From Candidatus Bipolaricaulota bacterium (GTDB lineage Bacteria; Bipolaricaulota; Bipolaricaulia; UBA7950; UBA9294), in assembly GCA_040752575.1 (NCBI GenBank), contig JBFMGK010000015.1:1-64000 (forward strand): a DNA stretch of 64,000 nt, given 5' to 3'. Position numbers and translations under genes: made by a program. Below, piece by piece: positions 39,030 to 48,313 of this stretch. The first letter of the stretch is position 1. The number at the start of each line of letters is the position of its first letter. The notes beneath the pieces were generated by a model that was given only the letters and a program-made list of their open reading frames with translations, had not been told where the DNA came from and did not search any database.

Positions 39030-40319
39030 ATGCGTTGGGTTCGGGCCTGGGATCCCGAGCGTTGGGCACCGACGTTCTTCCTTCTTTGGGGAGGGCAGGC
39101 GACATCCCTGCTGGGCAGCCATCTCGTTCAGTTTGCGCTGGTGTGGTGGCTCACGAAGACCACCGGCTCGGCTACGGTATTGGCCGGCGCCACCCTCGTC
39201 GCGCTCTTGCCGCAGATCGTCATCTCGCCGATCGCCGGGACGCTTGTCGATCGTTGGAATCGCCGCTGGGTCATGATCTTCGCCGACGCAGCGGTTGCGC
39301 TCGCGACGCTCGCCCTGGCGATCCTGTTCGCGCTGGACAAGGCCGGTCTCCCTCAGATCTACATCGCGATGTTCGTCCGCTCCATGGGCGGGGCATTCCA
39401 CTGGCCCGCCATGCAGGCCTCCACGGGGATGATGGTTCCGAACCGCCACCTTGCGCGCGTCGGTGGGTTGAACCAGAGCCTGTTCGGAATCGCATCGATC
39501 GTCTCTCCCCCGCTCGGCGCGCTCTTGCTGGAGATCCTGCCGATGCACGGCGTTCTCGCGATCGACGTCGCCACGGCAGCTACGGCCATCACCCCGCTCT
39601 TGTTCATCCGGATTCCGCTCCCCGCACGCATTGAACACAAGGAGAAGCGAACGTCGGTCGTGGACGACTTGTGGACGGGGTTTCGGTTCGTCGCACGGTG
39701 GCGCGCGCTGTTCGCGATTATCGTCGCGGCCGCGCTGATCAACTTGTTCACGAACCCGGCCATCTCCCTCATGCCGCTCCTTGTGACGCGGCACTTCCGG
39801 GGAGGTGCGCTCGAACTCGCCGGCCTGCAGTCGGCGTTCGGTTTCGGGATGGTCGCCGGCGGACTGCTCCTCGGCCTGTGGGGCGGGTTTAAGCGGCGGA
39901 TGCTCACCGCGATGGCCTCGCTCGCGATTCAAGGCGTCGGCTTCGGCGCGCTCGGTCTTGTGCCGCCCAGTGGCTTGGCGATCGCGATCGGCGCGATGGC
40001 CGTCGTCGGCGTCATGAATCCCATCTGCAATGGTGCGCTCTTCGCGATCGTGCAGTCGGCGGTCCCCCACGAGATGCAAGGACGTGTGATGTCTCTTCTC
40101 ATCAGCGGTGCGACGGCCGCCGCACCGCTCGGGCTCGCGGTGGCCGGTCCGGTGACCGACCGGGCGTCGATCGGACTCTGGTTCCTTGTCGCTGGCGCGG
40201 TCATGGTCGGCGTCTCGGCCGTCGTCTTGGTGACGCCCGCACTGCTGCGCGTCGAGGATCGAGGCGTCCCCGACGCGCTGCGCCTGCGCGGGCCCGGGGG
40301 AGACGCTCCGACGACCTAG
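39030..40319 (+). CDS. MFS transporter (Mef/DHA3-like efflux)
   Basis: GTLVDRWNRRWVMI.AD, QSAVPHEMQGRV; about 12 TMs. Confidence 0.9.
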   Translation: MRWVRAWDPERWAPTFFLLWGGQATSLLGSHLVQFALVWWLTKTTGSATVLAGATLVALLPQIVISPIAGTLVDRWNRRWVMIFADAAVALATLALAILFALDKAGLPQIYIAMFVRSMGGAFHWPAMQASTGMMVPNRHLARVGGLNQSLFGIASIVSPPLGALLLEILPMHGVLAIDVATAATAITPLLFIRIPLPARIEHKEKRTSVVDDLWTGFRFVARWRALFAIIVAAALINLFTNPAISLMPLLVTRHFRGGALELAGLQSAFGFGMVAGGLLLGLWGGFKRRMLTAMASLAIQGVGFGALGLVPPSGLAIAIGAMAVVGVMNPICNGALFAIVQSAVPHEMQGRVMSLLISGATAAAPLGLAVAGPVTDRASIGLWFLVAGAVMVGVSAVVLVTPALLRVEDRGVPDALRLRGPGGDAPTT

Positions 40320-40377
40320 CCAACTGGAAGTCCCGCCCGGCGCAGGCTAACCTCGACAGGCCGGAGGAAACGATCGG

Positions 40378-41574
40378 TTGAAGCGGATCTTCGCCAGCCT
40401 CTTTTTCGCGACCGCGACGGCGCAGATCGGACTGGGCATCATCTCGCCGATCTTGCCGCTGTACGCAAGGACTTTCGCCGCGAGCGGATTCCAGATCGGC
40501 CTTGTCTTCGCCGCGTTCTCGGTCTCGCGCGCCGTCCTAGGGCCCGTTGTCGGTCGCTTGTCGGACCGCATCGGCCGCAAGCCGATCATCGTCGCCGGGC
40601 TGGCCCTCTACGCCATCGTCTCCGCCCTGTATGCGTTTTCGACCGCCCTCTGGCAATTGGGGATCTTCCGTCTTGTGCAGGGCATCGCATCGGTGATGGT
40701 AACGCCGATCGCCCAAGCCTACGTGGGGGATCTCACGCGAACCGGGGCGGAGGGGCGCACGCTCAACGCCTTCTATGCCTCGCAGTTCGTGGGCATGGCG
40801 CTCGGCCCCATCCTCGGCGGCGGGATCGGCGCGGCGTGGTCGTACGACGCCGCCTTCTTCGTCATGGGCGGGCTGACGGTGCTGTCGCTCCTCCTCGTCC
40901 AGCTCACCGTCCCCACGGACGAGACCGCGAAAAACCGCGGCAAGCCGAGAGAGCGCAAGATCCTTCCGATCCGTAACGTCCTCGCCAGCGACGCCGTCAA
41001 GGCGATGTTCGCGTACTTCGCGACGCGCGGCTTCTGGCGCCAGGCGTTTAGCACGTTCTACCCGCTCTATGCCGTGGCCGCCTTGGCCGCGAGCGAGGCG
41101 GACATCGGCATCGTCCTTTCCGCCTACATGTTCGCCGAAGGCCTATTGCAGATTCCGTTCGGGTACCTCGCCGATCGGTACCCGCGCGTTCGCCAGATCG
41201 TGGTGGGCAGCGTGTTCGCGCCGCTCGTCCTGCTCGCGGTGCCGCTCGTCTCGTCGACGTGGGCTGCGGCCTTGCTGACAGTGGCCATGGGGGCGTTTTC
41301 CGCGTTGGGACGTGCGTCGCTCGTCGCGATACGCACCGAGCTGGGGAGGACGCATGGGATGGCCACCCTCGCCGGCGTCCAGGGCAGCGCGTTCGCCGTC
41401 GGGCAGATGCTCGGCCCGCTCGTCAGCGGGGCCGTCGTCGACGCCGTAGGTGTGAGCTATGTCTTCCCTTTCGGCAGCCTCGTCGGCTGCATCGGAACGG
41501 TCCTTGTCGTCGTGTGGATTCGCCGCTGGATCCGGCGGGACGTTCGCGCGGCGGCGATGACGAAGAGCGCGTAA
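40378..41574 (+). CDS. MFS transporter (DHA1-like)
   Basis: GRLSDRIGRK motif A, GMALGPILGG motif C. Confidence 0.9.
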   Translation: MKRIFASLFFATATAQIGLGIISPILPLYARTFAASGFQIGLVFAAFSVSRAVLGPVVGRLSDRIGRKPIIVAGLALYAIVSALYAFSTALWQLGIFRLVQGIASVMVTPIAQAYVGDLTRTGAEGRTLNAFYASQFVGMALGPILGGGIGAAWSYDAAFFVMGGLTVLSLLLVQLTVPTDETAKNRGKPRERKILPIRNVLASDAVKAMFAYFATRGFWRQAFSTFYPLYAVAALAASEADIGIVLSAYMFAEGLLQIPFGYLADRYPRVRQIVVGSVFAPLVLLAVPLVSSTWAAALLTVAMGAFSALGRASLVAIRTELGRTHGMATLAGVQGSAFAVGQMLGPLVSGAVVDAVGVSYVFPFGSLVGCIGTVLVVVWIRRWIRRDVRAAAMTKSA

Positions 41575-41602
41575 GGGCGGGCGGCGCGTACCCGCCCGCC
41601 CT
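41574..41602. terminator. Hairpin between convergent genes
   Basis: AGGGCGGGCGG-N7-CCGCCCGCCCT. Confidence 0.55.
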
Positions 41603-41614
41603 CGAGGAGCCAAG

Positions 41615-42289
41615 TTACGGCGCCACTCCCTCCGCTTCGCGCAGACGGCGGAGAATCAGGCCATCAAGACGGAACGACAGCACCTCGAGACGCTCCACCA
41701 AGAGGGAGAGACGAGGCGCCTGGGGCTCGGCGGCCTCGGCGCGGCGCGCCATGCGAAGGAGCGCGTCGGTAAGGGACCGCGTCATCTCGCGAGCCGCGCG
41801 CTCGAACTGCGCTGCATCCCGCGGCGACATCCCCGCGGTGGCCGCAGCGACGTAGCCGCTCACCCAGGCGCGCAGAGACGCGAGCGCATCAGCGGCCTCG
41901 GCCCGCTTCGCAGCCTCGGACGCCGATGCAGCGTCACGCGCGGGTTGCGCTACTTCCTCGAGGACGAAGAGGAGCCGATGCAGAACGAGCGACAGCTCCA
42001 TCACCTCTCCCGGGCTCACCGGCTGTTCTTCGTCCGCTGACTCGAGTCGTTCGACAAGTCCCTCCAGCGCTTCGATCGCCTCGCCAAGCCGAGCTTCCAG
42101 GCGTTCGGCGGCCGGGCGGTCCAGCCCGGCGAGACTCTGTTCGAGGCGGGACAAGAGCTCCGTAAGTCCCTCGATCGTCTCAACGGCCGGCCTTTCCTCA
42201 GGCGATTCGTCGGCGGCCACCGCCGCACCCGTTAAGCCAAGGAGCGCGACGACGAGCAACGTGGAAACCATGAACAACGTGCGATGCAT
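41615..42289 (-). CDS. Hypothetical secreted alpha-helical protein
   Basis: SD GAGGAGGAG; signal peptide ending AVA; Leu/Glu/Ala/Arg-rich helices. Confidence 0.75.
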   Translation of the reverse strand: MHRTLFMVSTLLVVALLGLTGAAVAADESPEERPAVETIEGLTELLSRLEQSLAGLDRPAAERLEARLGEAIEALEGLVERLESADEEQPVSPGEVMELSLVLHRLLFVLEEVAQPARDAASASEAAKRAEAADALASLRAWVSGYVAAATAGMSPRDAAQFERAAREMTRSLTDALLRMARRAEAAEPQAPRLSLLVERLEVLSFRLDGLILRRLREAEGVAP

Positions 42290-42361
42290 CTCTCCTCCTC
42301 GCGCGGGGGACATCCCCGACCGCGCTGACCCGCACCGTAGGGGCTCGCTCGGTCGGGTGGA

Positions 42362-42389
42362 CATCGAGACGCGGTCAACGCGAGATCAA
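42362..42389 (-). promoter_or_regulatory. 3x11-bp direct-repeat box (putative OmpR/PhoB-type site)
   Basis: TTGAT-N6-TTGAC-N6-TCGATG; matches box at 43330. Confidence 0.65.
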
Positions 42390-42439
42390 CAACGTTGACG
42401 GGGCTTGCCGCGCTCCCCACCGGCATCTACTCTGTCGCC

Positions 42440-43333
42440 GTGCGCGCCCACCGACTGCTGCAGCGGACAGACCGTCTACTGATCGCCGCGGGGATCCTCG
42501 TCGTTCTTACGGGGCTCGCCGTCGGAGCGATCCTGCCCGGGTACGTCGGCCTGCATCACGACGCATTCCGCGACCGTTCGTTGGCCTACGTTCAGGCCTT
42601 CGCTGCGACCGCCGAGCCTTGGCTCGATCGCGGTGCGGTCGACGTCGTCGAAACGTTGAGCCAGGTCTTTGTCTCCGGAAGCGTCGTCTCACTCGAGGTC
42701 GTGCACGGCGATCGATCGATCGTCAGCGCCGGCGACCCGCTGCCGGCCGAGCCTGCGACCTCCTTTGGGCACGCCGATCGACGAACCGCATCCGGACGCC
42801 GCGTCGTCGACGTGAGCGCGCCCCTCCCTTCCCTGGACGGACACGTCCGCGCAGCGATCGACGTCTCGTCGGTCACCGCATCGACGCGTCGCGCCATCGT
42901 TCTGGGCGTAGGGGGGGCCGTTCTGTTCGACGCCACGGTTCTCGGGTTGGTCGCATGGGCGTTGCGCGGCGCGCGACAGCGCCCCGCGGCCCCCGTGGAA
43001 GCCGCCCGCTCCCCCTCGGAGGCCCCGGCCCTTCGGCTCGGCGAGCTTGCGATCATCCCATCGAGGCGCGAGGCGTCGTTCGCCGGCCGGCCGCTGCGGC
43101 TGACGCCGAAGGAGTACGCGTTGCTGACCCTGCTTGCCGCCGAGCCCGGTCGCGTGTTCGCCGAGCAGGAGATCCTCGCGGCCGTCTGGCCCGACTCCCC
43201 CTATGCCGACGCCCGGGACATCAAGCAGTACATCTACTTGCTGCGGCGGAAGCTCAGCAAGGCGGACCCGCGCGGCCGAGACGTGATCGTCAACGTTCCC
43301 GGCTTCGGGTATCGCTTGGAAGACGCCCATTGA
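42440..43333 (+). CDS. Membrane-anchored winged-helix (Trans_reg_C) regulator lacking a receiver domain
   Basis: TM-extracytoplasmic loop-TM then LTPKEYALL.LLA.EPGRVF..EILAAVW..YIYLLRRKL..IVNVPGFGYRL; TACTCT 6 nt before GTG. Confidence 0.85.
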   Translation: MRAHRLLQRTDRLLIAAGILVVLTGLAVGAILPGYVGLHHDAFRDRSLAYVQAFAATAEPWLDRGAVDVVETLSQVFVSGSVVSLEVVHGDRSIVSAGDPLPAEPATSFGHADRRTASGRRVVDVSAPLPSLDGHVRAAIDVSSVTASTRRAIVLGVGGAVLFDATVLGLVAWALRGARQRPAAPVEAARSPSEAPALRLGELAIIPSRREASFAGRPLRLTPKEYALLTLLAAEPGRVFAEQEILAAVWPDSPYADARDIKQYIYLLRRKLSKADPRGRDVIVNVPGFGYRLEDAH

Positions 43334-43357
43334 CCGGCCGTTGACCGGCCTTCGATG
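43330..43357 (+). promoter_or_regulatory. 3x11-bp direct-repeat box (putative OmpR/PhoB-type site)
   Basis: TTGAC-N6-TTGAC-N6-TCGATG at 43330, 43341, 43352. Confidence 0.65.
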
Positions 43358-43414
43358 GACCGCGTGAGCGGCGCGGGGAGACTGGAAGGCGTGCAAGGGC
43401 ACGAAGGAGGTGCC

Positions 43415-43951
43415 ATGAAGAGGATGATCGTCCTGTGCGCCCTGGTCGCCGTAGCGCTCGCCGTTCCCGCGAACGCCGACGAGACCGGTGCGCCAGAGAC
43501 TCTCTCGGTGGAGGGCCGCCTCGAGGCGTTCGCCGTGAGGCTTCGCCTCGGGCTTTCGGTCGCCGCCGTGGCCGTCTACTCGCCGACGGTCTCGGACGCG
43601 CACAGTCAGGCCCACCGGCTCTCGACGCTGCTGCGCGGCGATGATCGGGAGGAGATCCCCGGGCTGCTCACCGAGTCGGAGAGGCTACCCGAGTGGGTCG
43701 CCTCGCGGCCGTTTGGGGCCGACGCGTACCGACCGCTCCTCGCCGCGGCAGCCAACGTTCACACGTACCTGCGCCTCGCGGGCGACGCCGCGGCCGAGGC
43801 GATACGACAACGAACCCTTCTTGGCGCGACGAGGAGTCTCTACGAGGTGTACGCCTACCTCGTCGCGGCGTGGGCCAAGCCGGTCGATGGCGTCGTCGTC
43901 CCCGGACTGGAAGCCCTGCTTCGCGCGTTCGATCTCCCGATCTCCCCGTGA
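43415..43951 (+). CDS. Hypothetical secreted alpha-helical protein
   Basis: SD AAGGAGGT; signal peptide ending ANA; DAHSQAH motif. Confidence 0.78.
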   Translation: MKRMIVLCALVAVALAVPANADETGAPETLSVEGRLEAFAVRLRLGLSVAAVAVYSPTVSDAHSQAHRLSTLLRGDDREEIPGLLTESERLPEWVASRPFGADAYRPLLAAAANVHTYLRLAGDAAAEAIRQRTLLGATRSLYEVYAYLVAAWAKPVDGVVVPGLEALLRAFDLPISP

Positions 43952-43960
43952 CCCAAGCGG

Positions 43961-44800
43961 CTAGAACCCGTAGGCCGCGGGGTCGAAAGCGTCCAGGTTC
44001 TGCGGATCGAACGTCTCGGCGGACAGACTCGCGTCCGGGCGACGCAGGCCCGAGAGCCAAAGCGTCGAGACATCTCCCGACCCGAGGTCGCGGCCGACCA
44101 TCTCCTCGGGAACTCGCCGTCCCTCGAACTCGCCGAGACGCTCGACGGAGATCTGCTTCGCAAGCGCTCCGGTTTCGGCGTAACCCTCCAGGCGCAGGAA
44201 CAAGTCTGCTTCTTGGTCGACCCAGAGCAGAATGCGGGCGAACTCCGCATCCGGTCCGCCGCGCGGCGTGAGTTCCAGGACCCAGACCTCGCGAGATTCC
44301 TCGCCCACTACGAGGGTCTCCTCGCGCAGCACGGAGGCAGTGTAGTCGTCCTGCAGGTCCCCGGCCCCGGCGATGTCTTCGTACGTCAGCGTGCTGCCGG
44401 CGAAGCTTCCTGACTGGTCCTCCTCCGAGATCAGTTCCTTGGTCAGGCCGAACGAGGAGATGTAGAGCCACATCCTGGTCGCTGTCGCGTCGTTCTCCGG
44501 CGTCTCGAGAAGGAAGATCAGCCCCTCGTCGTCGCCGCCGAGGAAGTACATCAGCGCGTGACTCGTCCCGGCGTCGTCGCTCTGTGCGGCGACAGCCATC
44601 CGGACGTCCGTGGTGACGCCCGTCGCGTAGACGTTCGCGACGTCGAGGGATAAGAGAATCCCCTCGCGGCTCTCCGCGCCGCCGATACTGAAGGCGTCCT
44701 GCATTCGATCGAGGATCTCGTCGCCAGTCTGCGCGAGGCCGGAAGCGGCCGCCGCGAACAGGAAGAGCGCCGTCAAGATCCCCAGTGTCGTAGATTTCAT
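43961..44800 (-). CDS. LolA-like outer-membrane lipoprotein-sorting family protein
   Basis: Signal peptide; GLIFL, MWLY, SFAGSTLTYEDI, LELTP, ILLWVD. Confidence 0.85.
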   Translation of the reverse strand: MKSTTLGILTALFLFAAAASGLAQTGDEILDRMQDAFSIGGAESREGILLSLDVANVYATGVTTDVRMAVAAQSDDAGTSHALMYFLGGDDEGLIFLLETPENDATATRMWLYISSFGLTKELISEEDQSGSFAGSTLTYEDIAGAGDLQDDYTASVLREETLVVGEESREVWVLELTPRGGPDAEFARILLWVDQEADLFLRLEGYAETGALAKQISVERLGEFEGRRVPEEMVGRDLGSGDVSTLWLSGLRRPDASLSAETFDPQNLDAFDPAAYGF

Positions 44801-47133
44801 GAAGGCCTCCTTGAGGTTTGCTCCCGATGCGCGCGCCGTTGGGCGATTCGATCAATCCACCCTGCCGCCGTGAGAAACCGCGGGGACGCGGCGGCGAGGG
44901 CCGCCGGGAGAATCGTCAGCGCGGCGCTCGCGCTCGCCGCCATCGCCAGCGCCAGGAGTCCGCCGAAGCTCCGAAAGGCGACGAATCGCGACAGACACAG
45001 AACGAGGAGTCCGGCCATCACGGCGGCCGCGTTGAACGCAATCGCCCGTCCCGCGGTCTCTGCGGTCTTCTGCGCCGCGTCCGCGAGGTTCCGGCCCGCG
45101 CGGCGCTCGTTTCGGACTCTGGCCACGTAGTGCACCGCGTAATCGATGCCCGTTCCCATCGTGATGCTGGCGATGGTCGCCGACGCGAGGTTGAGCGTAA
45201 TGCCGGCGACGGACATCACGGCGAAGATCGCAAGAACCGTGAACACGAGCGGGATGAGACTGACCAACCCCGCGATGACCGACCCCATGATCGCAGCGAC
45301 GATCGCCCCGACCACGAAGGTCGACGAGAAGATGTTGGTGATCTGGCTCCGGATGAGCTGGCGGCTCATCGCGTCGAAGAACTGCGTCGGGCCCACCATG
45401 TCCGCCTTCGCGACGTCGGCGAAGTGCGTCCGAAGATAGCCGCGTACATCGCGAACCAACTGGGCCTTGGTTGCGCCGTCGGCCCGCGGGTACATGCCTA
45501 CGATCTGGCCGGCGGAGAAGTCACGCAGCGCGATCGCGCCGAGGTCGCCTCCCTGAAACGCGAACAGCGCCAGCAACTGGGAGACCTGCTTGCGATCGTC
45601 CGGAATCGCGTTGTACGCCGGATCGCCGTCGTGAAAACGCAGGTTCAGTTCCCGCACGAGGTCGGTGATCGACGCCGTCTTGCGCACTCCGAAGGAACGC
45701 AGCGCGGTCTCGAGTTCGATCAAGCGACGCAGGAGCTCCGGGTCCTTGAGCCCATCTCGGCGGCCCGTGTCGATCTCGATTCGCAACTGCTCGGCGCCGG
45801 AGAAGTGAACGTCGAAGTCCTTCATCCCAAGGACCGCCGGATGCTGCTCGCCGAGGAAGCCGGTCATCGACGAGTCCGTCTTGATGAGGGGAACCGTCGC
45901 GGCAAGGACTCCGACAAGAAGGAGCGCCGCGACGAGCACCATCCGCGGGCGGCGCGCCGCGGCCCGCGAGAGCCCACCAAGGACTCGGCCAAGCCGGCTT
46001 CGCCCCTCACCGAGGTCCTTCACCGGCCGCTCGGGGAGGACGGCCAGAACTGCGGGGACAACGACGAGGGCGAGGACCAGGGCCAGGCCGACGCCGGCCG
46101 CCGCGATAAGTCCGAACTCGGCGAACAGCGGCATCGACGACGTCAACAGGGACAGGAAACCGCCCATCGTCGTCAGGCCGGCCATGGTCACCGCCCCGGC
46201 AATCGAAGGCACTGCAACGACGATGGCCTCGCGACGCGAGACGCCGCGTGCGCGTTCTTCGTCGACCCGGTGCATCACGTGGATTCCATAGGCGATCCCG
46301 ATCGCAAGCAGCAGCACGGGAAGAACGAAGGTGATGATCGAGACGGGGACGCCGAGCAGGGCCATCGGACCGAACGTCCAGACGACGGCCAGACCCACGA
46401 CGAGGAGCGGGATCCAAACGCCGCGGAGCGAGCGGAACGAGAGAAACAGCACGACGCACATCGCGGCGAGGACGATCGGAATCAAGACGACGAGATCGCC
46501 CTGAATGGATTCGGTGAGCGCAAGCATCATGTACGCTTCGCCGCTGATCGAGTACTTCTCCGGCGGCGTGCCCAGTTCGCCGACCACTGCCCGCACGGAT
46601 TTGGCCACGTCGAATTGGGGCGCGTCCCGGTCCGACCGCACGAGAATCGCGATCGCCGACTCGTCCGAGGCGACCAAGAGGTCTTGCATCGTCTGGATTC
46701 CCAGGACACGGTCGCGGTACGCGGCGATCGTTTCCGGCGTCGTCGGGGCGAGGCCGCCCGGAGCCGCTGGCCCGACGTCGAGGGCGTCGGCCGAGCTGAC
46801 GATCACGTCGCGCCCCAGGGGCCCGTCGACTTCGGCGACGCCGGGGATGTCCGCTAGACCGGCCTCCAGAGCCTCGACCTTCGCCAACGTACGCGCGTTG
46901 AACACCCCGTCCGGCGAAGCCACCGCCACCATGAGCAGGGTCTGCGACCCGTAGCGCGCCTCGGCCTGATCCATGAGGAGATAGGCCGGATCGGTGGAGT
47001 CGACGTAGGTCGCGAAGTCGACATTCGTATCCAGTCGTGCCAGCGGCACGGCAAGAGCGATCGAAACCGCGCAGACCGCAAAGAGCACGGCGCGCGCGTG
47101 GTCAACGATCCATGCGGTCGCCCTCGCGATCAC
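44797..47133 (-). CDS. MMPL/RND family transporter
   Basis: Two TM repeats with large loops; AIGIAYGIH and GTGIDYAVH; GRAIAFN. Confidence 0.9.
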   Translation of the reverse strand: MIARATAWIVDHARAVLFAVCAVSIALAVPLARLDTNVDFATYVDSTDPAYLLMDQAEARYGSQTLLMVAVASPDGVFNARTLAKVEALEAGLADIPGVAEVDGPLGRDVIVSSADALDVGPAAPGGLAPTTPETIAAYRDRVLGIQTMQDLLVASDESAIAILVRSDRDAPQFDVAKSVRAVVGELGTPPEKYSISGEAYMMLALTESIQGDLVVLIPIVLAAMCVVLFLSFRSLRGVWIPLLVVGLAVVWTFGPMALLGVPVSIITFVLPVLLLAIGIAYGIHVMHRVDEERARGVSRREAIVVAVPSIAGAVTMAGLTTMGGFLSLLTSSMPLFAEFGLIAAAGVGLALVLALVVVPAVLAVLPERPVKDLGEGRSRLGRVLGGLSRAAARRPRMVLVAALLLVGVLAATVPLIKTDSSMTGFLGEQHPAVLGMKDFDVHFSGAEQLRIEIDTGRRDGLKDPELLRRLIELETALRSFGVRKTASITDLVRELNLRFHDGDPAYNAIPDDRKQVSQLLALFAFQGGDLGAIALRDFSAGQIVGMYPRADGATKAQLVRDVRGYLRTHFADVAKADMVGPTQFFDAMSRQLIRSQITNIFSSTFVVGAIVAAIMGSVIAGLVSLIPLVFTVLAIFAVMSVAGITLNLASATIASITMGTGIDYAVHYVARVRNERRAGRNLADAAQKTAETAGRAIAFNAAAVMAGLLVLCLSRFVAFRSFGGLLALAMAASASAALTILPAALAAASPRFLTAAGWIDRIAQRRAHREQTSRRPS

Positions 47134-47633
47134 TGCAGCCAACCCCCGTTCACGAAGGCACTGGCCGCGAGCGCGGCCCACAGGTCGTCCAGCGGGCCGA
47201 CGGCAGACGCAAGCCCGGCGAACGCGGCGGCGATGCCCTCTTGGAACAGGGCCATGGCCTGCGCCGCATCCGGCCGAGACGAAGGGTCGCCGGCCACGAG
47301 CAACCAGATCCGGGTGGCGCTGCCGTCATCGATTCCCCGCGGGATGATAAGGATAAGGTCGTACGGCGCTTCGGGGGCCTGGCGGCCTGCGAGCGGGTCG
47401 TCGAATGGACCGAGCCCGTCGGCGAACAGCACGGTGAGATCGGCCACTCCGCTCTGCCGGATGGCCCCCGCAATGCCCACGACGCGCATCGTCGAAGTGA
47501 AGGTCTTCGTCCCGTCCACGAGCAACACGCGGTAGCGCGCCTCCTGAGCGGCCGTCGGTGCGACAACGAACAGCACTGCCAGGGCCGCGGCGGCGAAACC
47601 TAGGCCCCAACGCCGTAGGCGAGAGGTCAACAT
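47130..47633 (-). CDS. Hypothetical secreted protein
   Basis: Signal peptide ending TAA; overlaps TetR stop and MMPL start. Confidence 0.7.
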   Translation of the reverse strand: MLTSRLRRWGLGFAAAALAVLFVVAPTAAQEARYRVLLVDGTKTFTSTMRVVGIAGAIRQSGVADLTVLFADGLGPFDDPLAGRQAPEAPYDLILIIPRGIDDGSATRIWLLVAGDPSSRPDAAQAMALFQEGIAAAFAGLASAVGPLDDLWAALAASAFVNGGWLQ

Positions 47634-48229
47634 GGGTTCTCCTTTCTCAGACTGCACCACATGAACTGGGCCAACTCGCGCGTCACGCGAGCCAGGGTGT
47701 CGCTCGACGCCTCCGCGCCGTAGACCGACATGTAGAGCGGCAGGGTCTCCTGCATCGCGAGAAGGACGCACGCGCCGACCCTCGGATCGAACGCCCGGAC
47801 CTCGTTGAGCAAGGTCCCGCGATCAAGCAGGCGCGCGATCCGATCGAGAAGGTACCGATGGAAACTGCGCATCCTCTCATCGCCATCGCTCAACGCCTGC
47901 AGAGAGCGGCGACTCAGAACTTGAACGAGATCCGGCTCCTTGCGGAACAGGTCGATCTGCAGCGCAACAAACGCCTCGAGCACCTCGGGAACGGGAAGCG
48001 CGGAGTCGAGCAGTTTGTCGACCGCATCCAGCATGGCATCGGTGTAGCGGCGGAATACGTCGATGAGGATCTCGTCTTTGCTCTCGTAGTAGAGATAGAC
48101 CGTCCCCTTGGCGATGCCCGCTTCCTGCGCGATGTCGGCGACGGTTGTATCGTGAAACCCGCGCTGGGCGAACACGCGAAGTGCGGCGCGGTGGATTTGG
48201 TCTCGCTTCTCTTCTCGGCAAGTTGGCAC
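47627..48229 (-). CDS. TetR/AcrR family regulator
   Basis: AALRVFAQRGFHDTTVADIAQEAGIAKGTVYLYYESKDEI. Confidence 0.95.
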   Translation of the reverse strand: MPTCREEKRDQIHRAALRVFAQRGFHDTTVADIAQEAGIAKGTVYLYYESKDEILIDVFRRYTDAMLDAVDKLLDSALPVPEVLEAFVALQIDLFRKEPDLVQVLSRRSLQALSDGDERMRSFHRYLLDRIARLLDRGTLLNEVRAFDPRVGACVLLAMQETLPLYMSVYGAEASSDTLARVTRELAQFMWCSLRKENPC

Positions 48230-48243
48230 GTGAGCCTCCGTGG

Positions 48244-48288
48244 TGACTGACCGGTCAGTCATTCTACAGGCTGGCGCCATCCGTTCAA
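48244..48288 (-). promoter_or_regulatory. TetR operator and promoter
   Basis: Perfect 18-bp palindrome TGACTGACCGGTCAGTCA (48244-48261) abutting TTGAAC-N16-TAGAAT. Confidence 0.85.
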
Positions 48289-48313
48289 GGCTCGGGAAAG
48301 AAGGGCTTCTGGG

